This document shows positions 42,365-52,046 of a stretch of DNA of 64,000 bases, one piece after another (within the stretch, counting starts at the first letter, position 1; every line of letters starts with the position of its first letter). Position numbers and translations under genes: made by a program. Below the pieces are notes generated by a model that worked only from the letters and a program-made list of their open reading frames with translations, was not told where the DNA came from and searched no databases. The stretch lies in the sequence record NC_070966.1. One strand, given 5' to 3'.

Positions 42365-43864
42365 TTATCCATGACTCTTAAGTTCAACTGTAATAAGCAT
42401 ACTATCTGTACCGCTATTAGTGAATGCTGACTGCGGATCTGTATTAACAGGTCCATTAGTATCATAAACTGCTAGTCTTGATGTAGACGATGAGTTAGTA
42501 TGGTCTTGTCTGACTGTCCATGAAGCTCCTATACTACCTAACGTGGTACTACGGATAGCAGCCATACAAATCAACCATGAGGTACTATCAGTATTCTGAA
42601 GTGCCATAACATCAGCATTCTTACGCGTAGTTCCTGAAGCTGCGAATACAGTATTAATTGCACCTATTGGTGCAGCATTGTTTGCACCTCTATACACCAT
42701 TACTACAGTATCTGTAGCACTTGTTGAAACGATAGAAGGTTCTGAGCTAGTAGCAGCCACCTTCCAGAAGACTCTACCTAGATAACCACCAGCACTTAAG
42801 AAAGCACTAGTAGCAGTCCAACCTGAAGGTAGTGTGAATGTTCCTCCATCACGGAATACACATGCTACAAATAGGTCACCCGCTTGGTGAGTAGGCATAG
42901 CTACAGTAGAAACACCCATTGCAGATGATACGAACGTAATTGCATCATCGATCGTAATAGAGTCGAGTGCTTCTTCACCTACTGGAAAGTCAGTAACCAT
43001 CAAGTCAGCTAGATTGTAGCTACCTGCTGGTAGATCTTCTGTGTATGTATAAGTCCAATCACCTTCTGCATCTGTAACTGCTGTGCCATTTTCTGTACCA
43101 CTAGGCATAAGGAAGTGAATCGTAAGACCTGATACACCTGTATTTGATCGAACGTAACCTGTTAATGTAGGTCTAGTATTCGTTGTGATATTACCTGAAG
43201 AAACCGGTACACCGTCAATCGCAGATAGGTACAGACCTTCTACTTCAGTAGCTGTAATCAAAATTGTCAATGTTCTACCTGCTGTCGTAGTAACAAGTAG
43301 TTCAGTCGACCCTACTGTTACTGGACTCTCTCCTTTAAGAATTCTATTAGTAGTATCACTGAATGTGAATCGGCCATCATCTGGAGAGATGCTAAAGATC
43401 TTCTCATCAGCACCTATATCAAGACCTGTCAAGGTAGCGATAGTTGTTCCTTCGAGATCGTCAATGGTAAGAGTACCAGTAGTAGGTCCTAATACACCTT
43501 CGATCGTATTAACAACGTTAATTGTAAAGGTACGGATAACAGGAAAATCTATTCCGTTATCAGCTTGAATCGTGACTGTGTGTGAACTATTAGTTTCAAA
43601 ATCTAATGAGCCACTAAGTCGTAGAGTTTTATTAACTAGAGAGAATTTGTTGTCTGGATCATCAATTTTAGTAAAGATATAATTAGCTTGTCCACCTGTA
43701 ATTGACAGATGTCCAATGACTGAATTATTCAAAGAATTCTCGAATATTGTAGCATTAGAAAGATAAATTGTACCAGGCAGTCTCGTAGATTTAACGATAC
43801 TGTTACCGAGAATTCTAATAAATTTCTTGGATATAGTCATTTCAGGTATCTTACCTCCGAACAT
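42365..43864 (-). CDS. virion surface protein with cadherin/Ig-like domains
   Basis: 'IFENSLNNSVIGHLS...LDFETNSSHTVTIQADNG'; probable start at MTISKK. Confidence 0.7.
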   Translation of the reverse strand: MFGGKIPEMTISKKFIRILGNSIVKSTRLPGTIYLSNATIFENSLNNSVIGHLSITGGQANYIFTKIDDPDNKFSLVNKTLRLSGSLDFETNSSHTVTIQADNGIDFPVIRTFTINVVNTIEGVLGPTTGTLTIDDLEGTTIATLTGLDIGADEKIFSISPDDGRFTFSDTTNRILKGESPVTVGSTELLVTTTAGRTLTILITATEVEGLYLSAIDGVPVSSGNITTNTRPTLTGYVRSNTGVSGLTIHFLMPSGTENGTAVTDAEGDWTYTYTEDLPAGSYNLADLMVTDFPVGEEALDSITIDDAITFVSSAMGVSTVAMPTHQAGDLFVACVFRDGGTFTLPSGWTATSAFLSAGGYLGRVFWKVAATSSEPSIVSTSATDTVVMVYRGANNAAPIGAINTVFAASGTTRKNADVMALQNTDSTSWLICMAAIRSTTLGSIGASWTVRQDHTNSSSTSRLAVYDTNGPVNTDPQSAFTNSGTDSMLITVELKSHG

Positions 43865-43908
43865 AGAATAGTGACGCTACTTACATCGTGTAAGTAGCGT
43901 CATATTAC

Positions 43909-44574
43909 TTACACTTCGATGGTATGAAGAGTTACCTTATAAACTTCGCTATTAGCTGCAGGTGTATAAGCTCCAGCAGTAACAAGATAAGCGAATAGAT
44001 CTGTACCTGTGGTACGAATCTGCTTACCAATGTTATTAACTTCGACGTATAGAGTTGAACCGATCAGAACAGGCGTACCTAGATCGACGTATCCAAGGAA
44101 TGATGGACGATCAGTTGCATCGAATACGAATGCTCCATTATCTGCAACAGCAGATCCTGGTGTTGCACTGTAAAGATATAGTCTGAAAGAAGTCATACCT
44201 GCTGGAACAGATGCAATATCGAGTTCCAGCTGTGTACCTGTAACAAGGAGAGCTCCTGCAGCAGATCTTACAGCAGCAAACGTAAGAGGTCCACCTACAA
44301 CGTCGTTAGCAGCATATGCGTTCATATCTGCAGGACGTGTAATAGTTAGAGCAACATCCTTAGCAGATGATGTCTGGTTGACAGGTAGAGTATCTTGGTT
44401 ACTTGCGAGAACTACAGGTAGAGATGCAGTCTTAGTCTGTTGACCAAACGTCAGATCTGCTGCTGCACCATCAGCTCCAATAGCTACCTTAATTCTTTGA
44501 TAGAGTACGCCACCAACATCGTCAGCAGCGATTGTTGCACCATTACCTGGTGTTACACTCATATTATCAGCCAT
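43909..44574 (-). CDS. putative structural protein
   Basis: Ala/Gly/Thr-rich ORF in the structural block. Confidence 0.7.
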   Translation of the reverse strand: MADNMSVTPGNGATIAADDVGGVLYQRIKVAIGADGAAADLTFGQQTKTASLPVVLASNQDTLPVNQTSSAKDVALTITRPADMNAYAANDVVGGPLTFAAVRSAAGALLVTGTQLELDIASVPAGMTSFRLYLYSATPGSAVADNGAFVFDATDRPSFLGYVDLGTPVLIGSTLYVEVNNIGKQIRTTGTDLFAYLVTAGAYTPAANSEVYKVTLHTIEV

Positions 44575-44588
44575 TTTCGTATCCTAAT

Positions 44589-44900
44589 TTAGCTGTTTAA
44601 CAATAGAAGACCACGGTATGTACTACCGGAGGTCGGTGGTGAAGTATTTTGACCTGCATAGGTCATGAGTAGTGTTAGTCCCATAGGACGTCCTACTCTG
44701 TCATCTACAGGAGGCGTGTCACCTGCTGTATAAGTCAATAACAATAGAAGTCCTAGAGACTTACCTGTTAAACTCGGATCTGGAGGATCAGGAGGATCTA
44801 CAGGCGTTCCAGGACTATCAATTGTAGTCGAAGAGTATTGGTAGCCGTAACTGAACACTCCTTTGACTCCTTGGAATTCGTTAAATATAACGCCAACCAT
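44589..44900 (-). CDS. small protein with three G..GL.LL.TY-like repeats
   Basis: GKSLGLLLLLTY, GRPMGLTLLMTY, YRGLLLLNS separated by Pro-rich linkers. Confidence 0.65.
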   Translation of the reverse strand: MVGVIFNEFQGVKGVFSYGYQYSSTTIDSPGTPVDPPDPPDPSLTGKSLGLLLLLTYTAGDTPPVDDRVGRPMGLTLLMTYAGQNTSPPTSGSTYRGLLLLNS

Positions 44901-44940
44901 CTTATGTCCTACTCAGAGATTTGAATCTCTATAAGATTCA

Positions 44941-45282
44941 TTAGTCGTGTTCTACGTGAATTTCGACACCAGTACCTACAACTGATACAATTCTTCTAAC
45001 AAATTTTGGTAGAATCCATGCTCCTTGTGGACGTTTATATGTCTGAGGTTCACTATCTTCATTACTGATTGGGACTACAGTGATTTCAGCTACGATACCC
45101 GATGGAACATAGATATCCAATGCCTTACCATAAATTGGTAATTCTTTATTACCTATCATTTCCGATGTAAGTAGATATGATTTTGTAGACTGATGAGTTC
45201 TTCTCTTCTCACCAAGGTTGTAGAGATTAGACTCTCTATCGCTATACCAACCAGATGGATCTTTTTCTATGTCGTAAGGCAT
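44941..45282 (-). CDS. hypothetical protein
   Basis: ORF in a co-oriented run. Confidence 0.7.
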   Translation of the reverse strand: MPYDIEKDPSGWYSDRESNLYNLGEKRRTHQSTKSYLLTSEMIGNKELPIYGKALDIYVPSGIVAEITVVPISNEDSEPQTYKRPQGAWILPKFVRRIVSVVGTGVEIHVEHD

Positions 45283-45297
45283 CGAATCTATTCCGTA

Positions 45298-45882
45298 TCA
45301 CTGATTAAAATATTTTATGACACCATCGTAGATTGCATCTGCAACAAAGTCATGTTTATCATTAGCAATATACTTATCACAGTCTTTAATTGAAGAGATG
45401 TAATAAGGTTCAATAATTGCACTAGGCGCATTAATCTTACTCAAGAAGAGATCGATCTTAGGTTTAAAGTCAACTTTAAATTTGTTGCTTTCTACCATAG
45501 ATGGAGACATCTTCTTAAACCATCCTACCCATGCTCCTCTATTGTGAGATCCTAGCATTCTCACACATGACTCTAATAGATTTTCAGCGAGCTTCTTAGA
45601 TGAATCTTTGTGCATCATAAAGAAAGCTCGACTGCCATCAGTCTTGGTATTGTTAGTATTACCAAGATGAACTTCGATAGCTAGATCCGGATTGATTTCG
45701 TTGATGCGAGTAACCTTGTCTAAAAGCTTACCTTCAACAACGTGAATCTGGTAAATCGACGGATCGAACTTAAGTTTTAATTGATCTACAATTTTGACTA
45801 CTTCGTCGTATTCGACGTAGCCATTTTTAGATACTCCACGATAATTCTCATAATGACCAGGACTGATGGCAATAACCTTCAT
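45298..45882 (-). CDS. N-acetylmuramoyl-L-alanine amidase (Amidase_3) endolysin
   Basis: 'IAISPGH', 'VEYDEV', 'AIEVHLG', 'AIIEPYYIS'. Confidence 0.85.
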   Translation of the reverse strand: MKVIAISPGHYENYRGVSKNGYVEYDEVVKIVDQLKLKFDPSIYQIHVVEGKLLDKVTRINEINPDLAIEVHLGNTNNTKTDGSRAFFMMHKDSSKKLAENLLESCVRMLGSHNRGAWVGWFKKMSPSMVESNKFKVDFKPKIDLFLSKINAPSAIIEPYYISSIKDCDKYIANDKHDFVADAIYDGVIKYFNQ

Positions 45883-45891
45883 TTTATATCT

Positions 45892-46209
45892 CTACTTTTT
45901 CTTCTTGTGACGGTATGCGTCTAATTGTGTTTCTAATCTACCAGCGTAGTTAGAAAGAATTTCTATAGACATTAATGCAGCTTTAGCTACACTAGGTGAA
46001 CTTGTATCGAAGTCTTCAGTACTTAAACTTGTGATAGGTAGCTTAGGTCTGACATTCTTAGGTGGCTCAGGCCAGTCTTGTACAACGACTTTCTCGACGA
46101 CCTTGACTGGAGGCGGGAGAGGCGTCCGTGACTTGCTCGTACTTACACAAGAACTCAGAAGAATTACAGGAATCATTGCATATACGTACTTCATTGTCCT
46201 GATTCCCAC
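45892..46209 (-). CDS. o-spanin-like lipoprotein
   Basis: Lipobox 'ILLSSC', Pro-rich, overlaps the i-spanin 3' end. Confidence 0.75.
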   Translation of the reverse strand: MGIRTMKYVYAMIPVILLSSCVSTSKSRTPLPPPVKVVEKVVVQDWPEPPKNVRPKLPITSLSTEDFDTSSPSVAKAALMSIEILSNYAGRLETQLDAYRHKKKK

Positions 46210-46622
46210 TTATTACCTAGCTTATTACCCTCTTCTTTGAGCCATTTCATAGATTCTTGACAAGAATTGCCAATAACTGCTGAAGATAGTTCACTTAGAA
46301 GGTGATTATGCTCGATATCTTTCTTATTAATGACCGTTTCAGAGTCTTCGAGATTCTTCATAAGATCTCTCTTATTCGCCTCAAGAGCGCTGATTTTCTC
46401 GTTATTAAGAGTGACAACTTCTGACATTTGATTGTAAGAATTCTGCCACTGTTTGATAGCTTCATCTTTGATTTCAATCGTCATAGCAGAATTAACTAAT
46501 TGAGTCTTAAGACTCTTAATTTCGATATGACAGTAATAAAGATAAAGTCCAAGAATTGCTACGACGAACAGTCCAATAATTTTAGTTAGATTGTTTGTCA
46601 GAAGGGTTGCTAGTATACTCAT
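46191..46622 (-). CDS. i-spanin-like protein
   Basis: N-terminal TM helix, long coiled coil, C-terminal Cys. Confidence 0.75.
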   Translation of the reverse strand: MSILATLLTNNLTKIIGLFVVAILGLYLYYCHIEIKSLKTQLVNSAMTIEIKDEAIKQWQNSYNQMSEVVTLNNEKISALEANKRDLMKNLEDSETVINKKDIEHNHLLSELSSAVIGNSCQESMKWLKEEGNKLGNKWESGQ

Positions 46623-46971
46623 CTGTTGGAGAACCTCTAAAATCTAAATATTTCTTCCCGAGTACTTCTACCATGAAGATTGACATATAAATTGTCATAA
46701 ACCATTCTGTGAGTTTATCATTTAAGACAAGAAATATGAAAGCCCATGTAGATACTACTGTTGCCAGAAGCATACGAATCTTCGAACCACTTAATTTGTT
46801 ATCCTGAGGATCAACAATTAAATCTGTAAGATCGATGTTAGGATACTTTCTGGATGAATGCAATTTGAGGATAACCATGATAGCTACCACAAGAACTACA
46901 ACGAGACTGAATGCTCGCTCTGACATCCACCCAGAGATGTCATGAATTAAATTGAATAGTGCGTCATCCAT
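46582..46971 (-). CDS. holin-like membrane protein
   Basis: Three hydrophobic segments; next to the spanins. Confidence 0.55.
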   Translation of the reverse strand: MDDALFNLIHDISGWMSERAFSLVVVLVVAIMVILKLHSSRKYPNIDLTDLIVDPQDNKLSGSKIRMLLATVVSTWAFIFLVLNDKLTEWFMTIYMSIFMVEVLGKKYLDFRGSPTDEYTSNPSDKQSN

Positions 46972-46979
46972 AATAGTTC

Positions 46980-47759
46980 CTATGAATATTTCTCCTTGAG
47001 AGTTTTCATGGAGATCATTTGATGGTCGATGATCTTACCTTCACCAACTCGTAATCTACAAATTCCGTATGTCCAACCAGTAGCACTTAGTCCAGCGTAG
47101 TGTTCAACTTCTCCATCAGGTAGAGAGGTGCCGACATTGAACACTTGAACAGATTGATTAGAACCAATCTTAGCTTCATGGTGAATACGGTGACGATGAG
47201 TGTGTCCTAGAACGACTGAGAAGAGAGTATCTCTTGCGATCGCTGCTTCGACATTCTTACCTTTATAAGGTACACCCATCGTATTGAATGGAACATGAGT
47301 AAATCCTACTCCACCTAAGAATAGAAATTTACCGTATGCGGATACATTAAAATTGTATCTGGCGTATAATTGCTCGATGAGAAGACCGAAATGACCACAC
47401 TCCTTTGGTCTAGCTTTAGCTTCTCGATGAGCTCTGTCCTCGTGATTTCCTAGTGTAATATGGCGTTCGACTTCTGTATGAGATGGAGCTTCTTTATCAA
47501 ACATATAAAGAGCTTCTTCACCAGCACTAATATCGTCCATAAAAGTTGGACGTTCAAGATCCTCTTTGGATCCAGGCAATTGATGCCTAGACAAACTATC
47601 GAGAGATAGAAAGTCACCTATGCTAACAACACAGTCAGATGGATTGGCAGATAGATAACGACCGATCCAAGTCATTCTTTCATTGGATCTTTTGGGACTG
47701 ACGTGAGCATCAGCGATGACCACCACGTCTTGAGATTTGTCGTCAGTAGATTTAATCAC
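46980..47759 (-). CDS. calcineurin-like metallophosphoesterase
   Basis: DAH, GDF, GNHE, 'FTH', GHTH motifs. Confidence 0.88.
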   Translation of the reverse strand: MIKSTDDKSQDVVVIADAHVSPKRSNERMTWIGRYLSANPSDCVVSIGDFLSLDSLSRHQLPGSKEDLERPTFMDDISAGEEALYMFDKEAPSHTEVERHITLGNHEDRAHREAKARPKECGHFGLLIEQLYARYNFNVSAYGKFLFLGGVGFTHVPFNTMGVPYKGKNVEAAIARDTLFSVVLGHTHRHRIHHEAKIGSNQSVQVFNVGTSLPDGEVEHYAGLSATGWTYGICRLRVGEGKIIDHQMISMKTLKEKYS

Positions 47760-47823
47760 GGAATAATCCTTAAGGAGACATTAGAGAGGTCACAAGAATG
47801 TGACCTCTCCCTCGTCAATTCAA

Positions 47824-48429
47824 CTACGCAAGTACTGAATTAAACTTCTGAGCGTAAGTTGCTACATCTTTGGCTCGATCGAGACCATTGATGATTCTTC
47901 TTGCATTTACCCAGTCAGTTGTATTAGAGTTAAAGTAATTCTCTAGAGATACTCCTGTGAAGTCACCTCTAGTGCTCTGCCCCTTAGTCATTCCTTCAAT
48001 CATGATTCTAGCAGCGATCTTAGGATCCATTGCTAGTTCAGGATTGCCTACCAGATCAACTCCTAGGAGTTTACCCATATTTAAATAGTTATTGTACCAT
48101 GTAAGTTGTACATATCCTCGTCCACAGTACTTAGCTCCATCGCCTGGATTTTTATTACCCATTTGAAGAGCTAACTTAGGACGAGTCCCCTTGATGTCGT
48201 ACATCTTGGTATAATAAGCATTGCCACCATACTCCTTAACAGGGAGCATAGTCTTAGCAGTTTCATGATAAGCAGTTGCTAACATGTAAGCTGCCCATCT
48301 TGTATCTTCTACTTCAGCCTCGATTTCTCCAAGAATGAAGTTTAATCCATTAACTTGAGATTGAGTCAATGAAGTGAAGAGACCATTCTTCTTAATGCCA
48401 TCGTAAAATTTTTCACGATTGATTAACAT
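47824..48429 (-). CDS. glycoside hydrolase family 19 endolysin
   Basis: 'AAYMLATAYHET', 'YCGRGYVQLTW..NY', 'ARRIING'. Confidence 0.9.
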   Translation of the reverse strand: MLINREKFYDGIKKNGLFTSLTQSQVNGLNFILGEIEAEVEDTRWAAYMLATAYHETAKTMLPVKEYGGNAYYTKMYDIKGTRPKLALQMGNKNPGDGAKYCGRGYVQLTWYNNYLNMGKLLGVDLVGNPELAMDPKIAARIMIEGMTKGQSTRGDFTGVSLENYFNSNTTDWVNARRIINGLDRAKDVATYAQKFNSVLA

Positions 48430-48442
48430 ATTGCACCTATCG

Positions 48443-48796
48443 CTAAGGGTTAATCTTACTGTTCAAGGTCTGGATCTGTACCTTCAGATTATCATTCTCT
48501 AATTTAAGATCACTGATTTCATCTAGAAGAAACTTAACTTGCATCTCTAATTTGGCACTATCTGCAATAGCCTTGTTACGCTCTTCATTCAGCTTGTCAG
48601 TTCTAGCTTCAAGTTCTAGTACTCTTTTAACGAGACTATCTCTGTAACTATCAAATGACTCCGTGGCACGATCATCTCTCAGATCTCGCTTAACCATACG
48701 GAATGCTTTGTAAGAACCTCCAATTATTAGAGCAGCACACGATCCGACTGCAGCCCAGAATCCTCCTGAAGCATCGGTCGGTAAAAAGTCCACCAT
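48443..48796 (-). CDS. TM plus coiled-coil protein (lysis accessory/holin-like)
   Basis: N-terminal TM helix, C-terminal heptads, next to GH19. Confidence 0.6.
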   Translation of the reverse strand: MVDFLPTDASGGFWAAVGSCAALIIGGSYKAFRMVKRDLRDDRATESFDSYRDSLVKRVLELEARTDKLNEERNKAIADSAKLEMQVKFLLDEISDLKLENDNLKVQIQTLNSKINP

Positions 48797-48798
48797 GG

Positions 48799-49260
48799 CT
48801 ATTCTCCAACAGATTTATCGATTTTATTTTTATCAAATCTTAAGAAGTCCCACCAAGCAGCAACCATAACAATTGCAGTATCCATTACTGCAGCAGCTGG
48901 AGGATATTTAGAGCTGATACAGGATAGAGATACAAATGTCCATACTGCACATGAAAAGAATTTGATGAGGAGTTCAAATTTGAATGTCTTCTTACTCGAT
49001 ACACGATAAAATCTCCACAATTGAATCGATGCGAGAAAGAAGAATAGCAATACCCATTGAATCTCAGACAGGATAGAACTCATTAATCCGTAGACAGGTC
49101 TGTCAGGACTCATTGTCTGTCCAGGTAAAGCTAATGAAATTGCCCAGAGATATCCTGACATAATCGAACAGATTATGGCAGGACTTGTGTCAGCATTTTT
49201 AACTGTTGATGAGAATGCATAATATATCTCAAATATATTATTTTTAAAATGGCTTAACAT
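48799..49260 (-). CDS. multi-pass membrane protein (start moved to 49260)
   Basis: Four hydrophobic helices; ATGA overlap with the upstream fibre gene. Confidence 0.65.
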   Translation of the reverse strand: MLSHFKNNIFEIYYAFSSTVKNADTSPAIICSIMSGYLWAISLALPGQTMSPDRPVYGLMSSILSEIQWVLLFFFLASIQLWRFYRVSSKKTFKFELLIKFFSCAVWTFVSLSCISSKYPPAAAVMDTAIVMVAAWWDFLRFDKNKIDKSVGE

Positions 49261-50180
49261 CACAACTCCGCATCTAAGCTGAATGCAAACGTATTTGTAA
49301 CCGAATGAGTAAAGTACATCCCAGTCGCGAATACTTGTGTATTTCCATTTGCAGCCGTACCAATCCATGAAATCGATGGAACTGTTCTCATTGGAGTTGG
49401 CGTGATATGGACTGTATAGTTTCCAGAATTACCAACAGTTACAGGATATTTTATATAGTATCTGTAGCAGAGCAAAGTTTCAGTTATAAGTGGACGCTCA
49501 TAGAATGGATCCGACTCACTTGTGGCATCACCTTCAACTAGAGATACTCTAGCGATATCGAATGTCCCTGACTGTTGACCTAAGCTGACAGTATTCGCGT
49601 TCCAATTTGATCCTGCATCGAACCAAAATCTTAACCCTAAATAATTATCAGGATTCGATCCTAAAGTTTTACCGCTGATCGACGGGATATTAACAGTATA
49701 CGAGAATTTCTGCCAGCTAGTACTCAGAAGAACTTTCTTAGGAGCAAAATCAACATTCGATGAGGGAGATCCACCAGTACCGAATACTTGAACTAGATCT
49801 ACAGCAATATTTTTAGCTGAGTCAGCCTTAGCATAAAATGTAATAGTAGCTCTCTTTCCGACGAGCGTTCGTACATTTTCAATCTTTTGATGCTTTAATA
49901 CATAATTTCCTGCACCTGCAACTGATGTTACTACTGTTCTTGAGAAGTAAATCGGTTCGCCAGGTACTTCAGTCTGACCTACTGTAAATGGTTGCTGCGA
50001 ATGAGTCTTTGTTGATCCTACATGAGTATTAGCCCATCTATCGTCAGATCCATAGTCTGCAGTTGTCTGAGAAGTAGCACGTTGCCAGATTCTAAAATCA
50101 CCATTAATAATTTTATTTCTTGATGGATCTGAGATCGGTATACTAGCTCGACCTGCTAATAATGTATTTTTACTAGTCAT
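49260..50180 (-). CDS. tail fibre-associated carbohydrate-binding-like protein (paralog A)
   Basis: 'RNKIINGDFRIWQRATS', 'DDRW', jelly-roll-like core. Confidence 0.75.
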   Translation of the reverse strand: MTSKNTLLAGRASIPISDPSRNKIINGDFRIWQRATSQTTADYGSDDRWANTHVGSTKTHSQQPFTVGQTEVPGEPIYFSRTVVTSVAGAGNYVLKHQKIENVRTLVGKRATITFYAKADSAKNIAVDLVQVFGTGGSPSSNVDFAPKKVLLSTSWQKFSYTVNIPSISGKTLGSNPDNYLGLRFWFDAGSNWNANTVSLGQQSGTFDIARVSLVEGDATSESDPFYERPLITETLLCYRYYIKYPVTVGNSGNYTVHITPTPMRTVPSISWIGTAANGNTQVFATGMYFTHSVTNTFAFSLDAEL

Positions 50181-50200
50181 TTAATTATCCTCAGGTCCGA

Positions 50201-51508
50201 TCAGAATTCCCACATCACATTAGCATTACCTGTCATCGTAGGAGTACCACTAACAGTAGTTAATCTTAGTGATGCTAACTCACCTGGTAGTGTGACTTGA
50301 GCATTACCTCGAGAGTTACCACTACCTTGATAAGTTCCATCCACTGTCATCATCCAAGTACTAGCACCTGCCGATCCAGTTACTCTGTTAATGACTACAG
50401 TTACTGATGCATAAGCATTGACTGTAGTTCCACTAACAAAATTTAATCCTAGTGTATTCATAACAGCACTACTCATACTACTAGCACCTAAATTAGTAAT
50501 AACTCCAGTGTAGCCTGTAGTAACAATGCCAGTTGAAATTCCTAGTTGAAGAATTGGTGTCTGATTAGCACTTAATGTTAATGTAGGAATTAGAACAGTG
50601 ACTCTATTAATTGCAGGTGGTAAATTAGGCCAATCTATAAATGTACCGGATAGAGTGGTTACTGCATTTCTCTTTAGACCTTTAGTAGTCTGGAGATTTA
50701 CAACATCATTAGTAAGATTAGTTAGATTGATTGTTGCAATATCGACGGGAGCATTATATGCTTTGATCCAGTAAGTAACTGTAATGTTAGTAGGACGAGT
50801 TTCAGATGCAGTACGAGGAGTACCATTAACACCGTCGGTGACAGGATCACCTGTACTTCTTGATCCGCTACCATATGAGTTAGGATCATTTGAACCTGCT
50901 TGGACAATACCTGTAGTTGTCGATACGTTACTAACTACAAATCTATGACCTTGGAATGCATCTTGTTGAGTTGATCCAAATACGCGGCCTGAGTCCACAG
51001 TCTGACCAGGAGTCCATCCACGCATGAAGTAACCGCCCATATCAGGTAGGAGTGGATCTCCGTTTCCATTCAATGGTCGACCAATCGTGATTAAGTGAGC
51101 TCTGAGTTCAGGATATGTACTCGTAACTGCTGCACCATTCATCAGTAGGCATCCAGGAGGAGGCGTCGTGTCACTACCAAACATAGTAACAATCTCACCT
51201 ACTCTACGTCCAACAGATGCCTGAAGATCAGATACTGACTTAGTTATAGCAGTCGATCCATATGATCTAATGACAACATTGTCATTAGCATTTCGACCAT
51301 CAATTAAAGTAACAGTTGATGGAGTAGCGAATACAATATCTGACTGGAGAATTAAGATACCATTGATAAAGATATCGTAATTGTAAGGATCTATACTTAA
51401 AATTCTGCCGTCATTTGAGACGCCACTGAATACAGTTTGACCCTCGGTCGCAGTAAATGAATAGTCAGATCGAGCTACTAAATTTGGTCTATTTCCGAGA
51501 TAGGTCAT
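50201..51508 (-). CDS. tail fibre protein with a tail-collar domain
   Basis: 'VGEIVTMF...PPPGCLLMNG...LPDMGGYFMRG...QQDAFQGH...ETRPTNITV..WIKA'. Confidence 0.85.
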   Translation of the reverse strand: MTYLGNRPNLVARSDYSFTATEGQTVFSGVSNDGRILSIDPYNYDIFINGILILQSDIVFATPSTVTLIDGRNANDNVVIRSYGSTAITKSVSDLQASVGRRVGEIVTMFGSDTTPPPGCLLMNGAAVTSTYPELRAHLITIGRPLNGNGDPLLPDMGGYFMRGWTPGQTVDSGRVFGSTQQDAFQGHRFVVSNVSTTTGIVQAGSNDPNSYGSGSRSTGDPVTDGVNGTPRTASETRPTNITVTYWIKAYNAPVDIATINLTNLTNDVVNLQTTKGLKRNAVTTLSGTFIDWPNLPPAINRVTVLIPTLTLSANQTPILQLGISTGIVTTGYTGVITNLGASSMSSAVMNTLGLNFVSGTTVNAYASVTVVINRVTGSAGASTWMMTVDGTYQGSGNSRGNAQVTLPGELASLRLTTVSGTPTMTGNANVMWEF

Positions 51509-51525
51509 TGATCAAAATCCAATTA

Positions 51526-52032
51526 TTAATCAGTCCAGTATTCATCGTCTGCAAAATTATAAGGAATAGGATCCATTGCTTTAATCGTCCAGGATTTGTC
51601 GTAAAGATACGATAAATATGCAGTGGACTTTAAGAATAATTCAACGATTTGACCAGGAGTAAGATTCTGGGTTGCATTATTGGCGTCTCTAAAAGGTGTA
51701 ATTGTTGTTGTGTCACCTGTAGAGATCCTACTTGTAGCTACTGAGAATAGTGATTGAAGATTTCTGGTATCTTGTGTTGTACCTGTAATAGGTATAGATC
51801 CTACTCCAGTTACTTCAATCGAGATTCCTTTAGAAATACGTCTCTCACGTTCTGCATTAATTTGATCTGAGGTAGGTCTAGGTGGAATGTAAGGAGAAAT
51901 CTCATTACCTTGACTCTCCCACTCAAGAACCATTTGACGATAACGATTTCCCATATCGTCTGGAATAATTACAGTCTGACCGTCAATATCCGCTTGGATC
52001 GACCCATTTTCTAAGTATTTTACATTTTCCAT
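51526..52032 (-). CDS. tail fibre assembly/DUF4376-like protein
   Basis: 'INAERERRI', 'FRDANN....LT..Q', follows a fibre gene. Confidence 0.7.
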   Translation of the reverse strand: MENVKYLENGSIQADIDGQTVIIPDDMGNRYRQMVLEWESQGNEISPYIPPRPTSDQINAERERRISKGISIEVTGVGSIPITGTTQDTRNLQSLFSVATSRISTGDTTTITPFRDANNATQNLTPGQIVELFLKSTAYLSYLYDKSWTIKAMDPIPYNFADDEYWTD

Positions 52033-52046
52033 CTGATTCTCTTTAA

